The notes: generated from the letters alone by a model not told the origin. Counted from the first letter of the stretch, positions 1-12,243 are shown. The stretch: 56,220 bases of DNA from Nemertoderma westbladi (GCA_032718475.1 JAUCBJ010003545.1:1-56220); one strand, 5' to 3'. Numbers and translations: made by a program.

Positions 1-460
1 GGTTAACTAGTCTGGGACTTCGAGCAGCACGTGAACAACTAAGCCGACTGGTTAACTAGTCTGGGACTTCGAGCAGCACGTGAACAACTAAGCCGACTGG
101 TTAACTAGTCTGGGACTTCGAGCAGCACGTGAACAACTAAGCCGACTGGTTAACTAGTCTGGGACTTCGAGCAAAATTGAAAATTAAGTTTTTTAATTAA
201 TTATTCTATGACATATAATATGATAAAATATTATTATGAATGAATGTGTTGCTCGAAGTCCCAGACTAGTTAACCAGTCGGCTTAGTTGTTCACGTGCTG
301 CTCGAAGTTCCAGACTAGTTAACCAGTCAGCTTAGTTGTTCACGTGCTGCTCGAAGTCCCAGACTAGTTAACCAGTCAGCTTAGTTGTTTAAGTGCTGCT
401 CGAAGTTCCAGACTAGTTAACCAGTCGGCTTAGTTGTTTAAGTGCTGCTCGAAGTCCCAG
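1..460. repeat. Foldback structure: tandem 49-bp units (1-174) facing inverted tandem copies (249-460) across a ~75-bp AT-rich spacer; left arm cut by the window edge
   Basis: Unit GGTTAACTAGTCTGGGACTTCGAGCAGCACGTGAACAACTAAGCCGACT starts at 1, 50, 99 and 148; its reverse complement is repeated about 4.3 times from 249. Confidence 0.9.
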
Positions 461-686
461 AATAGATAAAACAACAACAATAACGGATGAGTGAATTAAA
501 CCGATAAGAAATGATTTATTCTGATTCAATGAATTACATTAAGTCTTACTCTATTCATCTATTCAATGTTCAAACAGATTTGAATTTACCGACAAAATAT
601 AGTAGCCTTTCCAGTACAAATTACATGCTTTCTATCATTTGAATTTCCCGCGCTATGGAGCAGGGTGGCACCTTTTAGGGACTTGT

Positions 687-1358
687 CTTAATACAACAAC
701 CATTTGTAAGGGATCGGAGCCCCCCCCCCCCCCCCTAATTTTTTTTCAAATTTCAATAAAATGCTACAAAATTTGGTGTGATGATAGATCGACACCTTTT
801 CTTACTGGTGGCCTGGCCGGATTTTTCAATTTCTCAGTTATTTCCATACATCAAGCCCTTAAAAAATGTATAGTTAGTAATGTTTAACCACCTCCGTAGA
901 CTTTATTTTACGTATTTGGAATGTAATCTAGATATCATTATAACCGCCTTCATCTGCAGATTCAGAAAACCGTTATAAATTTCACTTCCGGTGATATTAG
1001 GGGCCGTGCACAAATGATGGCACGGTCGAAGGGAGGGGGGTGGGGGGTAGCTATACTTGTGACGTGACAATAGCTGTTTGGTAACCAAATAAAATACATA
1101 ACACCAACATCAACATCAACAGCCAAAGTGAAATCTATTCAATTTGATATAATTCTAACGTTTTTTTACTCAATTCTAGAATATTAATTATGCAAAATGA
1201 AGAAACAAGATGGAGAGTTTTAAACGCACAGCTAAATGATAATTAATATTCTAGAATAAAGATAATAAATACATAAAAACATCAGAATTATAGCGATTTA
1301 CGTCTCAAAATTTGCACATAGGGGGGGTCGGACCCCCATAAATGGTTGTTGCTACGGG
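687..1358. mobile_element. Non-autonomous DNA transposon (MITE), copy 1, internally deleted; termini suggest piggyBac-like CCC...GGG ends
   Basis: Inverted ends CAACAACCATTT..GGATCGGAGCCCCCC (694) and GGGGGGTCGGACCCCCATAAATGGTTGTTG (1322-1351); homologous to 5544-6718; right end ...CGGGTTA. Confidence 0.65.
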
Positions 1359-1562
1359 TTACGGTGTAACTAAAATTACATTATCAGGACCACCTTACTC
1401 TTTGTATTTATTTATTTCTCCAAATATATTCACTAGGTGTTTATCAAATTAAAAAGGTTTGAAACTTATTTGAGCTGCATTTTTCAAATATGTATAATAT
1501 TAACTTCTTTACTATATACAGTAAAAAAAATAATGGGTTAAAATATAATAATAAAAACTAAC

Positions 1563-1792
1563 TCTAAATCCTTCAATTTCCCCACACTATTCATCTTTCC
1601 CATAATATCCCGAACCAATGTGTCTGGCGTACGAACTAGAACCACGATTAAACCATCCTTCATATCCCTTCTGTTCTCCTCAGTAAGGAACACAGGTCTC
1701 ATTAAGGATTTGGCGGCATTCCCGTCCTGTGTAGGTACCAATTGTAGGCAGTAATCCTTGAGCTTATAGACGAAACTCCAAAAAGAACAAAC
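1563..1792 (-). CDS. ELMO: ELMO/CED-12 coding exon 2 (VCSFWSFVYKLKDYCLQLVPTQ...VFLTEENRRDMKDGLIVVLVRTPD...)
   Basis: Acceptor ttcttcag|GTT at 1792, in phase 0 with exon 1; matches the ELMO N-terminal pattern VCDGW...FYITEKNRNEIKNGTILRLTTSP. Donor GA|gttagt at 1563/1562 is tentative. Confidence 0.75.
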
Positions 1793-3210
1793 CTGAAGAA
1801 AATAAATAACATAGTTTTGTGTGATAGAGAAAGATAATAAAACTAAATAAACTGCTTGTGTTAACCACTAAGGGGCCAATATTTAGTAATGTCCAAATTT
1901 CCACAAATTTTATTACGTTCGATGTTCGACTTAAAATGTTAGGGTTGATTAACAATATTAATTATGGTTTAAAAACCTACCCACTAACACTAGGCTTAAA
2001 ATAACAACAAACAAAATTCATTAAAGCCCACCGGTACTGAATTACCGGTGTCATGTTTAGAACGGATGATGGTAGAAAAGCAACAACCCAAGGTATCTCG
2101 CACAAAGTACCATATCTTATTTATGTGTATGGGATTAAATTCGCACTACCAAATCTCCAGGGCGACATATTTTCACTTAACATCGCAGTGCCACACTATT
2201 TCTCAGTATGTCCCTACGCTATACATTTTATTCCAAAATTGTAACATTACTCAACGCCGTTAGTATTAACAGCGAGTTGTTATTTAGCACTTTACAACTT
2301 TTGAGGACATTAAAGCATTGTATTAGTCAGTACATTTAGTATTGTATTTGGTGTTATCCGTTAAGTAATGTCCCTTTAGTGGACATTACTTAACGCCGTC
2401 ATTGTTAGGTGGAAATTTGCCTGACAGCCAGATAGGCATACTGCATTACCTAGGCGGTAGGCGTTGTATATCTAATAATAACCAGTAGGGCCTAGCTATA
2501 TTATTATGACATTGCTCCACACGCCACCATAAATATAAGATAACTTATTTATAGCATAATTTTGTCATTTTTACATTTATTTATACAGCAACTAATTTAA
2601 TTTGTGCAGTTTCTATCACTTACAGACTTATATTGTATATGTACAATCATTTCGTAATGTTAAAATTTTGGAATAAAACTACATACATACTTGTTGCAAA
2701 GTACTTTACAGTGTTCTGATACTCGTGGCTTTATTTTCACTCACTAACGTTCGTTCGTGTAACAAAGCCACTCGGATCATCACACTGTAAAGTGCTACTT
2801 TACACACAAGTATGTAAATAGTTATTACTATGTATTTCCAGTATGTCACCGCGTCATTAATAGGTTGTTTTAGAAAGTTTAAGTGCATATCTACAAAATA
2901 ATTCCACACAAATAAATAAATAAACTAAAGATCTAATGTCAGAATGTCGAATTAACCGCCTTTGAAGGTCTAGCAGTCACAAAGGACTATAAACAAACAA
3001 CGAAATGTGAGGTTTTCTCCCATACGCCTAACGGATTGCACTCTTGCGGCAGACTGCAATAAAACCCAATAAAACCTAATACTTTTTAAACTAGGTTTTC
3101 TATTAAAACCGAATAATAAATCCTAACATTAAAACATAGGCCTAATTGGCATCCCTGAGTACACTGCAGTCTGGCAGTACTGGCCTACCAACCGAAAATG
3201 GTTAACTTAC

Positions 3211-3405
3211 CTCCTCGATAACTTCTTCAAGAGGCCTTGAATGCTCAATATCTTTAAACTGTGGTAGATAGCCGAGCGTGTTACAAGTGATAACGAGTTT
3301 GAGCATGCTGATAGTTCGAGGAACCGCATTAACGGTAACGGTACCTACTTGAGTCTTAGAATCACTAACGGTACCAGTAAGTTGAGACTTCGACTTCGAC
3401 TCCAT
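3211..3405 (-). CDS. ELMO: ELMO/CED-12 coding exon 1 (N-terminal RBD-like region)
   Basis: ATG at 3405; MLKLVITCNTLGYLPQFKDIEHSRPLEEVIEE resembles ELMO [30 protein letters not shown]; perfect donor GAG|gtaagt at 3211/3210. Confidence 0.75.
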
Positions 3406-3787
3406 GGTTATGGTTGTGGTTGCCGACGCGCAAGTGCGCGGGTACGTATAGAATACTCCTGTAGGGTACTCGTTTCTATCAGTTATTATTTGATCTGTTC
3501 TTTTGTGAAAAGCAGTGAATAAGGAATAAAGTTAAGCCTACCGCTACCGGTACCGGTACATGTTCCGTACACTTTTGTACTCAGTGCAGTAGAGCATATC
3601 AGCATATTGCAATATTGTTTACCAGTTTACTGCGTACTGACTTCTATAATAACAAGCAGACTGCAGATAGTCGATAGGCCTCAAAGCTCAAACCGGAAGC
3701 AGCACGACTGACAGTCAGATTGTCAGTGATTATTGGAGGGATCCATCATGGATGTTGGACGGATCCATCATGGCAGCATGGATGTCC

Positions 3788-4076
3788 TTATTTCTCACGC
3801 GTATGTTTGGTTTGTGTGTTTGTTTGTTTTTGTTTGTTTATTCACTCAACTTTTGGCACTTAATGTTGATGGATTTGGATGAAACTTTGATAGGTTCATT
3901 ATCGGACCTAGTTGCATGTATGCAAGGTTTTGGTTGCGAGGGACCTGTTGGTTGCCTAGCAACAGTGTTACTAAATCTAGAATGACCGATCATAATCGTA
4001 GAATTCACTCAATGAAAATTATGTTGACACCCCATGGATCCGTCCATTTATTGCAAGCTCTCGCTGGCAAGCTAGT
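3788..4076 (+). mobile_element. Possible non-autonomous CryptonV-like or Helitron-type short element
   Basis: TTATT start, (GTTT)n tract, GATGGATTTGGATGAAACTT core and CTAGT end, a layout typical of such short elements; no TSD seen. Confidence 0.3.
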
Positions 4077-5191
4077 TATTTATATCACTTTAATATCATA
4101 GACAGATGGACTACCGGAATCGGACCGGTGTTTGTTAGGCCTGTCAGCCCCATAGATCATAAGGTGGTTGGGAAAACGAAAACCAATAATCAATAAACGA
4201 AAGTTAGATTTAATTTGTCCGGACTCCCTCCCTTTAATTAGCAGATTATATAATAAAAAAGTACCCAAATCTTGATTTTGGTTTTCTTGGCTTGGCCTCA
4301 CGGGTTGCAAGGCAACCAAGGCGACCCCGCGAAGGCGTCGTTGCTGTCATGCAGCCGAGATGTAGTGTAAATTAGCATATAGGCTGAACTACAGTACATA
4401 AACTATAAACTATCTTGCACTCCCGAGTCATTTTCTTGTCTTAAATCTAAATGCTGGAAATAATAAACTTACTGTCTGTCTGCGTTTGCCTATGTCATAG
4501 CCATAGCCATAGCATAAGTCGCTGAGCACGTTATACAGTAACTGTAAATTGTATTATTTTATGCTTATTTACATGTGTACTTATTTCGCTGTTATGACTG
4601 TGTTGTCTCCGGACACCAAATAATATAATATAATATATAATGTCAACTATTGAGTATGCGCGCTTTCGAATTAAATGGTCAATATTATGAATATACCTTT
4701 AGGCTTTACCATACAACCATAGCAACTGGTTTGTTATGTGGGTGACATTGATAGAAGAATGCACCTACTTCCACTATATCGACGGGTTTCCTGAGTAATT
4801 ACTAAACTATTTTTTATTGATTAATTACCGGTAAGCTGCTTTAGGCCTAATTAATTAAATATAAAATTTCAATTTTTTTATAAATCTTAAACTTTATTCT
4901 AACTCTGTTTAATTTACTATAAAACATAGTAGCACTAAGTATCATAGAATAATAGTAGCAATTACACACGCCACTCAGATAATCTAACTTTAATGTTAAA
5001 CTTTAAACTTTATTATGCTGTAATAAATCCGCCCGCAAATGATTCGCTGATATAGGGGGAATCCTTTGAAAATCCTCTATTTCCTAAATTGTAGGCTACC
5101 AATTGCTGTAGTGTTGTACAGTATGTCATTTTCAAATAGGCCTCTCATTATATTTAGATAAATTATCCAATCGCTTGGGGTGGATATTTTT

Positions 5192-5370
5192 TCAGCCAAT
5201 CACTAGCGCGAGGATTTAATAACACAATAATTTGTGTATTTAAATTCCCTCATATTCCAGCCAATCATTAGCGCGAGTATTTAATACACCATAATTGTGT
5301 ATTTAAACTCTCCCCTAAATCAGCCAATCATTAGCGGGCGGATTTAGTACTGCATAATTGTGTATTTAAA
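5192..5370 (+). repeat. Three ~64-bp tandem units, each with a CAGCCAATCA (CCAAT box) motif
   Basis: CAGCCAATCA(C/T)TAGCG...ATTTA...TGTGTATTTAAA at about 5193, 5258 and 5321. Confidence 0.75.
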
Positions 5371-5543
5371 TTATTTAAGTTGCTGCAACTTGTTTCAGAA
5401 ACTTATTTCTGTGTGTGAGGGGGTCCAGCAACAAGTTGCTGGAAGTTATATTCCCAGCAACTTTTTTACAAACCTTTTTTACATCAAATTTTTATATTAG
5501 AGCTAATATTCGATAAATTGAGTGATTTGATATTACACCATAA

Positions 5544-6718
5544 CCCTTAATACAACAACCATTTATAGGGGGTCGGAGCCCCCCCCCCCCCCCCCCCTAA
5601 TTTTTTTTCAAATTTCAATAAAATGCTACGAAATTTGGTATGATGATAGATTTCTTACTGGTGGCCTGGCCGGATTTTTTAATTTATGAGCTATTTCGAT
5701 ACAACAAGCCGTTAAAAATCGTCTATTTCGCAATATTTAGCCACCTCCGTTGGCTTTATTTTTCCGTCTTTGGAATGAAATCTAGATATCATTAGAACCG
5801 CCTTCATCTGCAGATTCCGAATCTGAAACCCGTTGTAAATTTCACCAAGAACTTCCGGAGATATTATCAAAATACTAAGGTGTACATTTTTGTGACGTAA
5901 ATCGCTATAATTCTAATGTTTTTTTTACTCAATTCTAGAATATTAATTATGCGTAATATATATTCGAGCAAATTCAAGACAATTAGCATAGCACAAATAG
6001 TAAGGGGTAATTTCTTTATATTTCTTAAATTTCTTTGTTCTTCGTCTCTATAAGGGAAAGACATCGACTTCACAAAGAGTAAGATATTCGCTGATTCCTT
6101 TTAACTCAACGACATAACGGCCAGTCTTCCTGGAGCAGGTGATGGTGTGGACGTCGCCGGCGCTGGTACCGCAGAGGTTGGCAGAGTTGCTGACCCGACA
6201 ACGGAGGAACCCATCGTCTTTGACTATCTACTTTGCACCGATAATCCACAGCAGCTCAACCCCGCATTTCACCCCCGCTGCCTCCGATGGCCGCCCCGTT
6301 GTTTGTGAGCCGGATGGAGATTTCTCCCAGGTTGGCGTTATGAACTGGCCGGTGGCGTGATGACCTTGACCCGCGCAGGCACATGTGGGCGGCCCGAACC
6401 AGCAGAAAACTGATGTGTCGTCGGATCCAGGTAACACACTCAGGTAACACACTCATATTAATTATGGGTAATGAAAAAACAAGATGGAGAGTTTTAAACG
6501 CTCAGCTAAATAATAATTAATATTCTAGAATAAAGACAACAAAACATAGAATTATAGCGATTTACGTCTCTCAATTTACACATTAGTATTTTGATAATAT
6601 CTTTACCAATTGTTTGTTAAATTTAAAACGGTTTTCAGATTTGGAATCTACAGACGAAGGCGCTTCGAATGATATCTAGATTACATTTCAAAGACGTAAA
6701 ATAAAGTCTACGGAGGAC
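5544..6718. mobile_element. MITE copy 2 (same family as 687-1358), palindromic arms, interrupted by a LINE fragment; right terminus lost
   Basis: 5547-5950 aligns to 688-1190 with indels; 6455-6570 aligns to 1181-1305; 6620-6716 is the reverse complement of 5745-5845. Confidence 0.7.
5958..6454 (-). mobile_element. 5'-truncated 3' end of a CRE-clade (RLE-type) non-LTR retrotransposon with 18-bp TSD
   Basis: TSD ATATTAATTATG(C/G)GTAAT at 5940-5957 and 6455-6472; empty site present in MITE copy 1 (1181-1198); minus ORF contains VTWIRRHISFLLVRAAHMCLRGSR, resembling the CRE C-terminal W(L/I)RxRLSFxLLRxxxxCLRGSR motif. Confidence 0.65.
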
Positions 6719-7016
6719 AACTATATTTTTATCTTATACATACAGTACATACTGTATATATATATATATATTAACTAGGGTGTATGGTACAATCATATGG
6801 GGGAAGTACCAATCGCACTAAACGTCTACGTGCCCAAATACATACATTTGTCCGTTGCGTAACTTTCTCTCACTCAGAATCCTCCTCACTACCACTATAT
6901 ATAAATCATTTTCTATTTTGCCACTTGAATAATTGAAGTTCATTATTATATAAACATCAAGCAGCCCTATTCATGCACGATATGAATTATAGTACTACAG
7001 TATTACAATATACCAA

Positions 7017-7224
7017 ATAAGATAAGATAAGATAAGATAAGATAAGATAAGATAAGATAAGATAAGATAAGATAAGATAAGATAAGATAAGATAAGATAA
7101 GATAAGATAAGATAAGATAAGATAAGATAAGATAAGATAAGATAAGATAAGATAATATAAGATAAGATAAGATAAGATAAGATAAGATAAGATAAGATAA
7201 GATAAGATAAGATAAGATAAGATA
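7017..7224 (+). repeat. (GATAA)n pentanucleotide microsatellite, about 41 units
   Basis: Near-perfect GATAA repeats with one substitution near 7156. Confidence 0.97.
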
Positions 7225-7339
7225 TGTATATTTTTACTACTTGAAGAAATCATAACCATATTGACATGCATCATAATATATAGTATACTAGCTTCATAAG
7301 CAATCTATCCACAAAAACTGCTTCTACTGTACTCACAGA

Positions 7340-7545
7340 TATTTCACTCGTTCTGTAGCACATGGAAACTATTATGTGCCAACAATCCGGCAAGACTCTT
7401 CGAAACGGTCCCTGCCCTGAGGTATCAAGTTCCTTTGATTTGGAACGAAATTCCTTTAGCTACGTGTGAATACAAAAACAAAACAAACCTTTCGTGAAAA
7501 CTTAAAAAAATATGTCGATTTTTTGCATCCGTCTTCTGCCAAATA
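7340..7545 (+). mobile_element. Degenerate 3' ORF2 end of an L2/Crack-type LINE
   Basis: Frameshifted translation TRSVAHGNYYVPTIRQDSSKRS / LRYQVPLIWNEIP / LKKYV parallels the C-terminus of the LINE at 50850-51039 (TR..NYRLP..LSYQAPKLWNNLP..FKKQIK). Confidence 0.5.
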
Positions 7546-8122
7546 ATTAAAACACAAATCAATAAAGTTGTACAAAATGTAGTAAAATGCCTCGGTGCCA
7601 TTATATATATAGTCATCCGTCAACGTAATCCCAATAATTCCCTCCATCCTCTCCCCAAACCATGGTTAACTCTAGCTACTCTAGTTGGACTACACTAGCA
7701 TTTGCTATTGTCTGGCTACTGCAGCGCACTTTCATAATGTTCACCCAATCATTTATATATTTGCTTTGTACGTGCAGTCTGTGATTCCAGAAAGAAATAG
7801 GGCCTACCGGTATATTGATTTGATTTTTACGAGGAAAACGCGAGTGAGCCAATGTGAACAGAACACGTACAGTATTCCAGCCCCAGTCACCTTTTGTAGG
7901 TAGCTACAATTAGTGGACTTCATGATTAGAAAGCGATAATTCAAATTTACCGTCTGGATTGAATTGCTTTGAATGATAGTCCGCAGTCCGCTCTTTGTAT
8001 GCACCCCACAGCCACGGTGGTAGTAGACCTAGTAGCCGCAGTTCAGCAGTACTGTGTACTGCACTCAGTACTGCAGTGGTAGGCCTATCAGCCTTAAATA
8101 ATATACTGCTATATCAGTATTT

Positions 8123-8412
8123 ATGATAATGGAATCTGCAAAGTATGCTGGATTGTTCGATTCAGACAGCGATGACGACTTATTTTCCCGACGGAGTTGC
8201 CAACGAACTCGAACTCCGGCGAGGAGAAGTAATGAGGAATTAGTTGAGCCCGAACCCGCTCTATTCCCGGACACGTCATCTACCAGTTCGGCGACAGATT
8301 ATATCGCCGGATTAAATTCCGAGGATTCCAAACTGTTTGTCAGAAAGAAAGTTGGCGAGATTGCGGATTCACAAACTGCAGGAAATGTTGTCCCTACATC
8401 TACTACTCAAAG
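8123..8412 (+). CDS. HS1BP3-like gene, probable first coding exon (acidic LFDSDSDDDLF motifs)
   Basis: Open GC-richer frame from ATG 8123/8129; candidate donor AG|gtttta at 8412/8413; phase link to the next exon is unresolved. Confidence 0.45.
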
Positions 8413-8582
8413 GTTTTATTTTTTTTCTTGATTTTTTAACGCTGAACAAAAGACAAAACAACAATGATTAAAAAATGTGATATTAGAACAATAGAACCAT
8501 TACAATAAAACAATATTTTTGACACATATTAGGGCCTATTGACTAAATTACTAGACTGAGTAAACTATCAATTGTGTATGGC

Positions 8583-9755
8583 GGATCTAGGACACTTCCC
8601 CCCCGGACACTTCCCCCCCGGACACTTCCCCCCCGCCCAAGTAGGACACTTCCCCCCGGACACTTCCCCCCCGGACACTTGCCCCCCGGACACTTCCCCC
8701 CCAGTTAAAGTGTTAAAATTAATCTGGGTGCATCAAAGCAATTACAGGACAAGTTGTATCTAGACAAGTTTTTTCAAAATTATAAAAGAAACATTTTTAT
8801 AGTCAAATTTTGTTTGTTTTTCTTTTAATTCCTTTAATTCTTTTAATTTCTTTTAATTGGGGGCTGCCGCCCCCAAACCCCCGCTTCTTTTGTTGGGGGC
8901 TACCGCCCCCAAACCCCCGCTTCTTTTCTTGGGGGCTACCGCCCCCAAACCCCCGCTTCTTTTCTTGGGGGCTACCCCCCCCCCCCCAAACCCCCGCTTC
9001 TTTTCTTGGGGGTTATCGCCCCCAGACCCCGGCATGTCCCTGAGTGCCCGTGGTGAAAGACTTAAGACCACTTTGAAATAATTAATTCATGTTTGTATCA
9101 TCAGATAATAAATTGACTAAGCCTAAAGTAGGAGCTGTATTGAATGTTAACCAATTTAGTATATAAATTACTACAATATTATATAATTCAACAAAATCCT
9201 ACTAAAAATATTGCAAGTAACCAGGAAATCAGGTCGACGCATGTCGATTTTACCCTGGAGAGGTATAATTTTGATTGCAACAATAATATTCATCCCCATC
9301 TGCTACAATTTGAAGAAGACTATTACATAATAATACCTATAATTAAAACAATTAATTATTATAATTTTATAGTTAATAAAAACAGTATATCATTCCGGGG
9401 ATGGAATTTATAGGTCATCTAATATAATTAATTGTTTAAAGATTAGCAAACAATACGATGTAATTGCATTGATAAAACCCATAAATAAAACTTGGATATA
9501 AAATGTAAAATCGGGATGCAAAATATCACTTTCTGAGCTACGAAAGGAAAATTGGATACAACTTATCTGGATACCAGCAATCCGTTTACCTTACAAAATG
9601 AAAAATACGAATGTGCGAAGTTAAGAACAGTCGGGGGGGAAGTGTCCGCGGGGGGGAAGTGTCTGGGGGTGAAGTGTCCGGGGGGGAAGTGTCCTACTTG
9701 AGCGGGGGGGAACTGTCCGGGGGGGAAGTGTCCGGGGGGGAAGTGTCCGAACACC
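8583..9755. mobile_element. Non-autonomous Mutator (MULE)/foldback-type element with tandem-repeat TIRs and 9-bp TSD
   Basis: TSD GTGTATGGC at 8574-8582 and 9756-9764; termini GG...CC; arms of GGACACTTCCCCCC repeats (8589-8702) inverted at 9632-9748; internal ~36-bp array at 8857-9030. Confidence 0.85.
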
Positions 9756-9870
9756 GTGTATGGCCTATTCCCATTTATCAATTAAAACTAGGCATACCTA
9801 TAAATTTGTTATTTATTGTTACTGGGGGATGATGCTCTTACAGCACAAACTCTTATTTATCACATTGTAG

Positions 9871-10129
9871 TTCAGCCGTCGAGCAAAGAAATTAAACCCA
9901 GTACCTCATCCAGTCCTTCGCCGACTGTAAAACCCCAGACGGATCGTAATAACAGTAAATCTAACGATAGTCAGTACGATAGAGAGTTGTTTGAAGAAGA
10001 TGTGGGCGACGTTATTTACGATGGGGTGCGACGTGACGATAAATCTATATACATCCCAGTTGACGCGTTCGCCACTAAAGATAACAACAATCTTGATTTG
10101 GATTTAGAATCGAATCTAGTGGAAATCCT
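9871..10129 (+). CDS. HS1BP3-like gene, internal exon (..RELFEEDVGDVIYDG...NLVEIL)
   Basis: Acceptor ttgtag|TT (alternative ttcag|CCG at 9876); donor CT|gtgagt at 10129; splices in frame to 10431. Confidence 0.6.
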
Positions 10130-10430
10130 GTGAGTTTAATGGGTAGGATTTCAATTTCAGACACTTTGATTATAATAAAAAATTTAACTGTGATATGTAC
10201 TGTACTATATTGACTTTGGTTTATTGTTTTGGTTAGAATAAGGTACCAATGCAACCTGCTCCTTTCCCATAATTGATAATTTTATTGTTAATTCGCCGAG
10301 ATTTTTTGGTTTGGTGTAACCCCCCCCCCCTATCCATGTCGGAATTCTCAAACAATCTCCCAAGCAAGGCTGTTTAGTTTCCTCTGTATGTAGTTTGCTC
10401 TTTTTTACTTATATATTTATATTTATTTAG

Positions 10431-10956
10431 GGTTCCTGATGATCTAACGTCTTTGAAAACCATGTTGCAGAAAGAACCACAATCATCTACTGAAGAAACA
10501 GAACAGCATTCTCCTAAAACGGAACCACAAACTCTGACAATGGAGCCACATTCTACTCCCACAATGCATTCTACTCACACAATGGAACCACATTCTACTC
10601 ACACAATGGAGCCACATTCTACTCCTACAATGCAACCACATTGTCCGGGAATTACGCCACCCAAACCTAAACCTCGAACATCTTCCCTTAATACTCCACC
10701 TCGCCCCCAACCCAGGCAACGGGTTCTTGCCAAACAATCTTCTGAACCTCAAACTGTCATACAAACCAAACCCAAACCACCCCTGAAACCCAAACCCCGC
10801 CCATCATCGTCTAAAGGGTCTATTCCCTCCAGTACTATGCCAACACCTTCCAGTGCCGGTCCGGTATCTTCCGGTGACATGACAGTTTCCGATATTCTCA
10901 GTTACGTGTCAGTCAATGAACTTTCTACGGATATCAGTGCTAAGCTTTTTGATTAA
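10431..10956 (+). CDS. HS1BP3-like gene, last coding exon (proline-rich, C-terminal DILxY...LF motif)
   Basis: Acceptor ttatttag|G in frame with the previous exon; KPKPPLKPKP and GDMTVSDILSYVSVNELSTDISAKLFD* resemble HS1BP3 PKPKPQLKPKP...MDEMDILQYIQ...SLF*; contains 21-bp coding repeats (MEPHSTH). Confidence 0.6.
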
Positions 10957-11265
10957 TTCATTTTTTTAGTTGAATGTTTGATATTGTTAATTCAGCAATT
11001 CTTGTGTTAGTACCGGAATGGTCATGATTGACCATTATAAATTATTTACAGTCGAAAGATATATTATATTTTGTTTCACTATCAGCTTGCAGTAACTTTA
11101 GCTTTGCTTCGTCAGTAAATAAAGTATCTAACGCTGAGATTAACATAATATAAACGGAATGAGGATGATGCAAAAACGAATTTATTTCATTATTTCAAAA
11201 CCCTTACCTCTTAACCTCCTTAAGTTCCTTTATTAAGAAAGAGATACGGGTAACGGATTTAACTA

Positions 11266-12243
11266 AGGGTATAACTTTTCGCCGTATCCGTATGCATTTA
11301 CCGTATCCGTATGTAATGGATTCCTATGGAGAATAACCCGTATGTGATTTTAGAGATTAGGCATTGCGGACCAGTAAGAAGTACACAGCACACATACAGA
11401 CTTCAGACAGGTAGACCTACTTAAAGCTAAGTGACTTAAGGATTGTGGCTGCCGCTACCTTTTGGTAAATAAACAATGCAGGTCCAGGATGAGTGACAGA
11501 TGATGTCATTCAGGCTTCCGCCCCGGGTTGCGCCACAGCTCTTGTTTTCTTGGACTAACTAACTAACACCTGGCAGTCCGGTTGGACTTCGATTAATTAG
11601 CACTGGCACTAGGGCACTTTGCTGTCATGGTTAACTAAATACTGGCCCCGAAACAGCGAAAGTAAAGGTATATTATACTGTATGTTAATAAATTCACAAA
11701 GGAGGACAGACTGACACGACGGTTTTCAATATCTGTGCGAATGTTTATTCTCTTAGCATTCACATTGCCGCTTATACTGTTGTTAGTGCCATATACTGTA
11801 GCAACCAACAGAACATAACACAACACAATCCTGGATTCTATATAGCCAGATTGGGGGAAAAACAGTTCAAAAATAAATCACGGTTGGCTGCTGCGTTAGT
11901 TTTCCAAGCAGCGTAAGCCGTAAAGAAGATAGGTACTGTACCTCCGGTGCATCCCGGGCCTGGCGGACACCGGCTGTCACTCATCCTGGACCTGCCCTGC
12001 ATTGTTTATTTGCCAATAAGTAGCGGCAGCCACACTCTTTAAATCACTTGGCTTTAAGTAGGCCTACCTGTCTTCAGTCTGCATGTGTGCTGTGTACTTC
12101 TTACTGGTCCGCAATGCCTATAATCTCTAAAATCACATATACGGATTATTCTCATTAGGAATCCATTACAATCGCACATACGCGTATGTACACACGGATA
12201 CGGGAAATGCATACGGATACGGATATGGCGAAAAGTTTTTCCT
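11266..12243. mobile_element. MULE-type MITE with ~230-bp TIRs and 9-bp TSD
   Basis: TSD ATTTAACTA at 11257-11265 and 12244-12252; 11273-11498 is the reverse complement of about 11973-12237. Confidence 0.85.

Noticed and set aside
1-460. CRISPR-like regular repeats
   Set aside because: Units are head-to-tail with no unique spacers, there are no cas genes, and the context is eukaryotic.
1700-1770. RITAYNWYLHRTG in an alternative minus frame, resembling a LINE zinc-finger region
   Set aside because: That frame has stops; the neighbouring frame is a clean, spliceable ELMO exon.
6987-7274. ILSYL-repeat ORF
   Set aside because: Translation of the (GATAA)n microsatellite.
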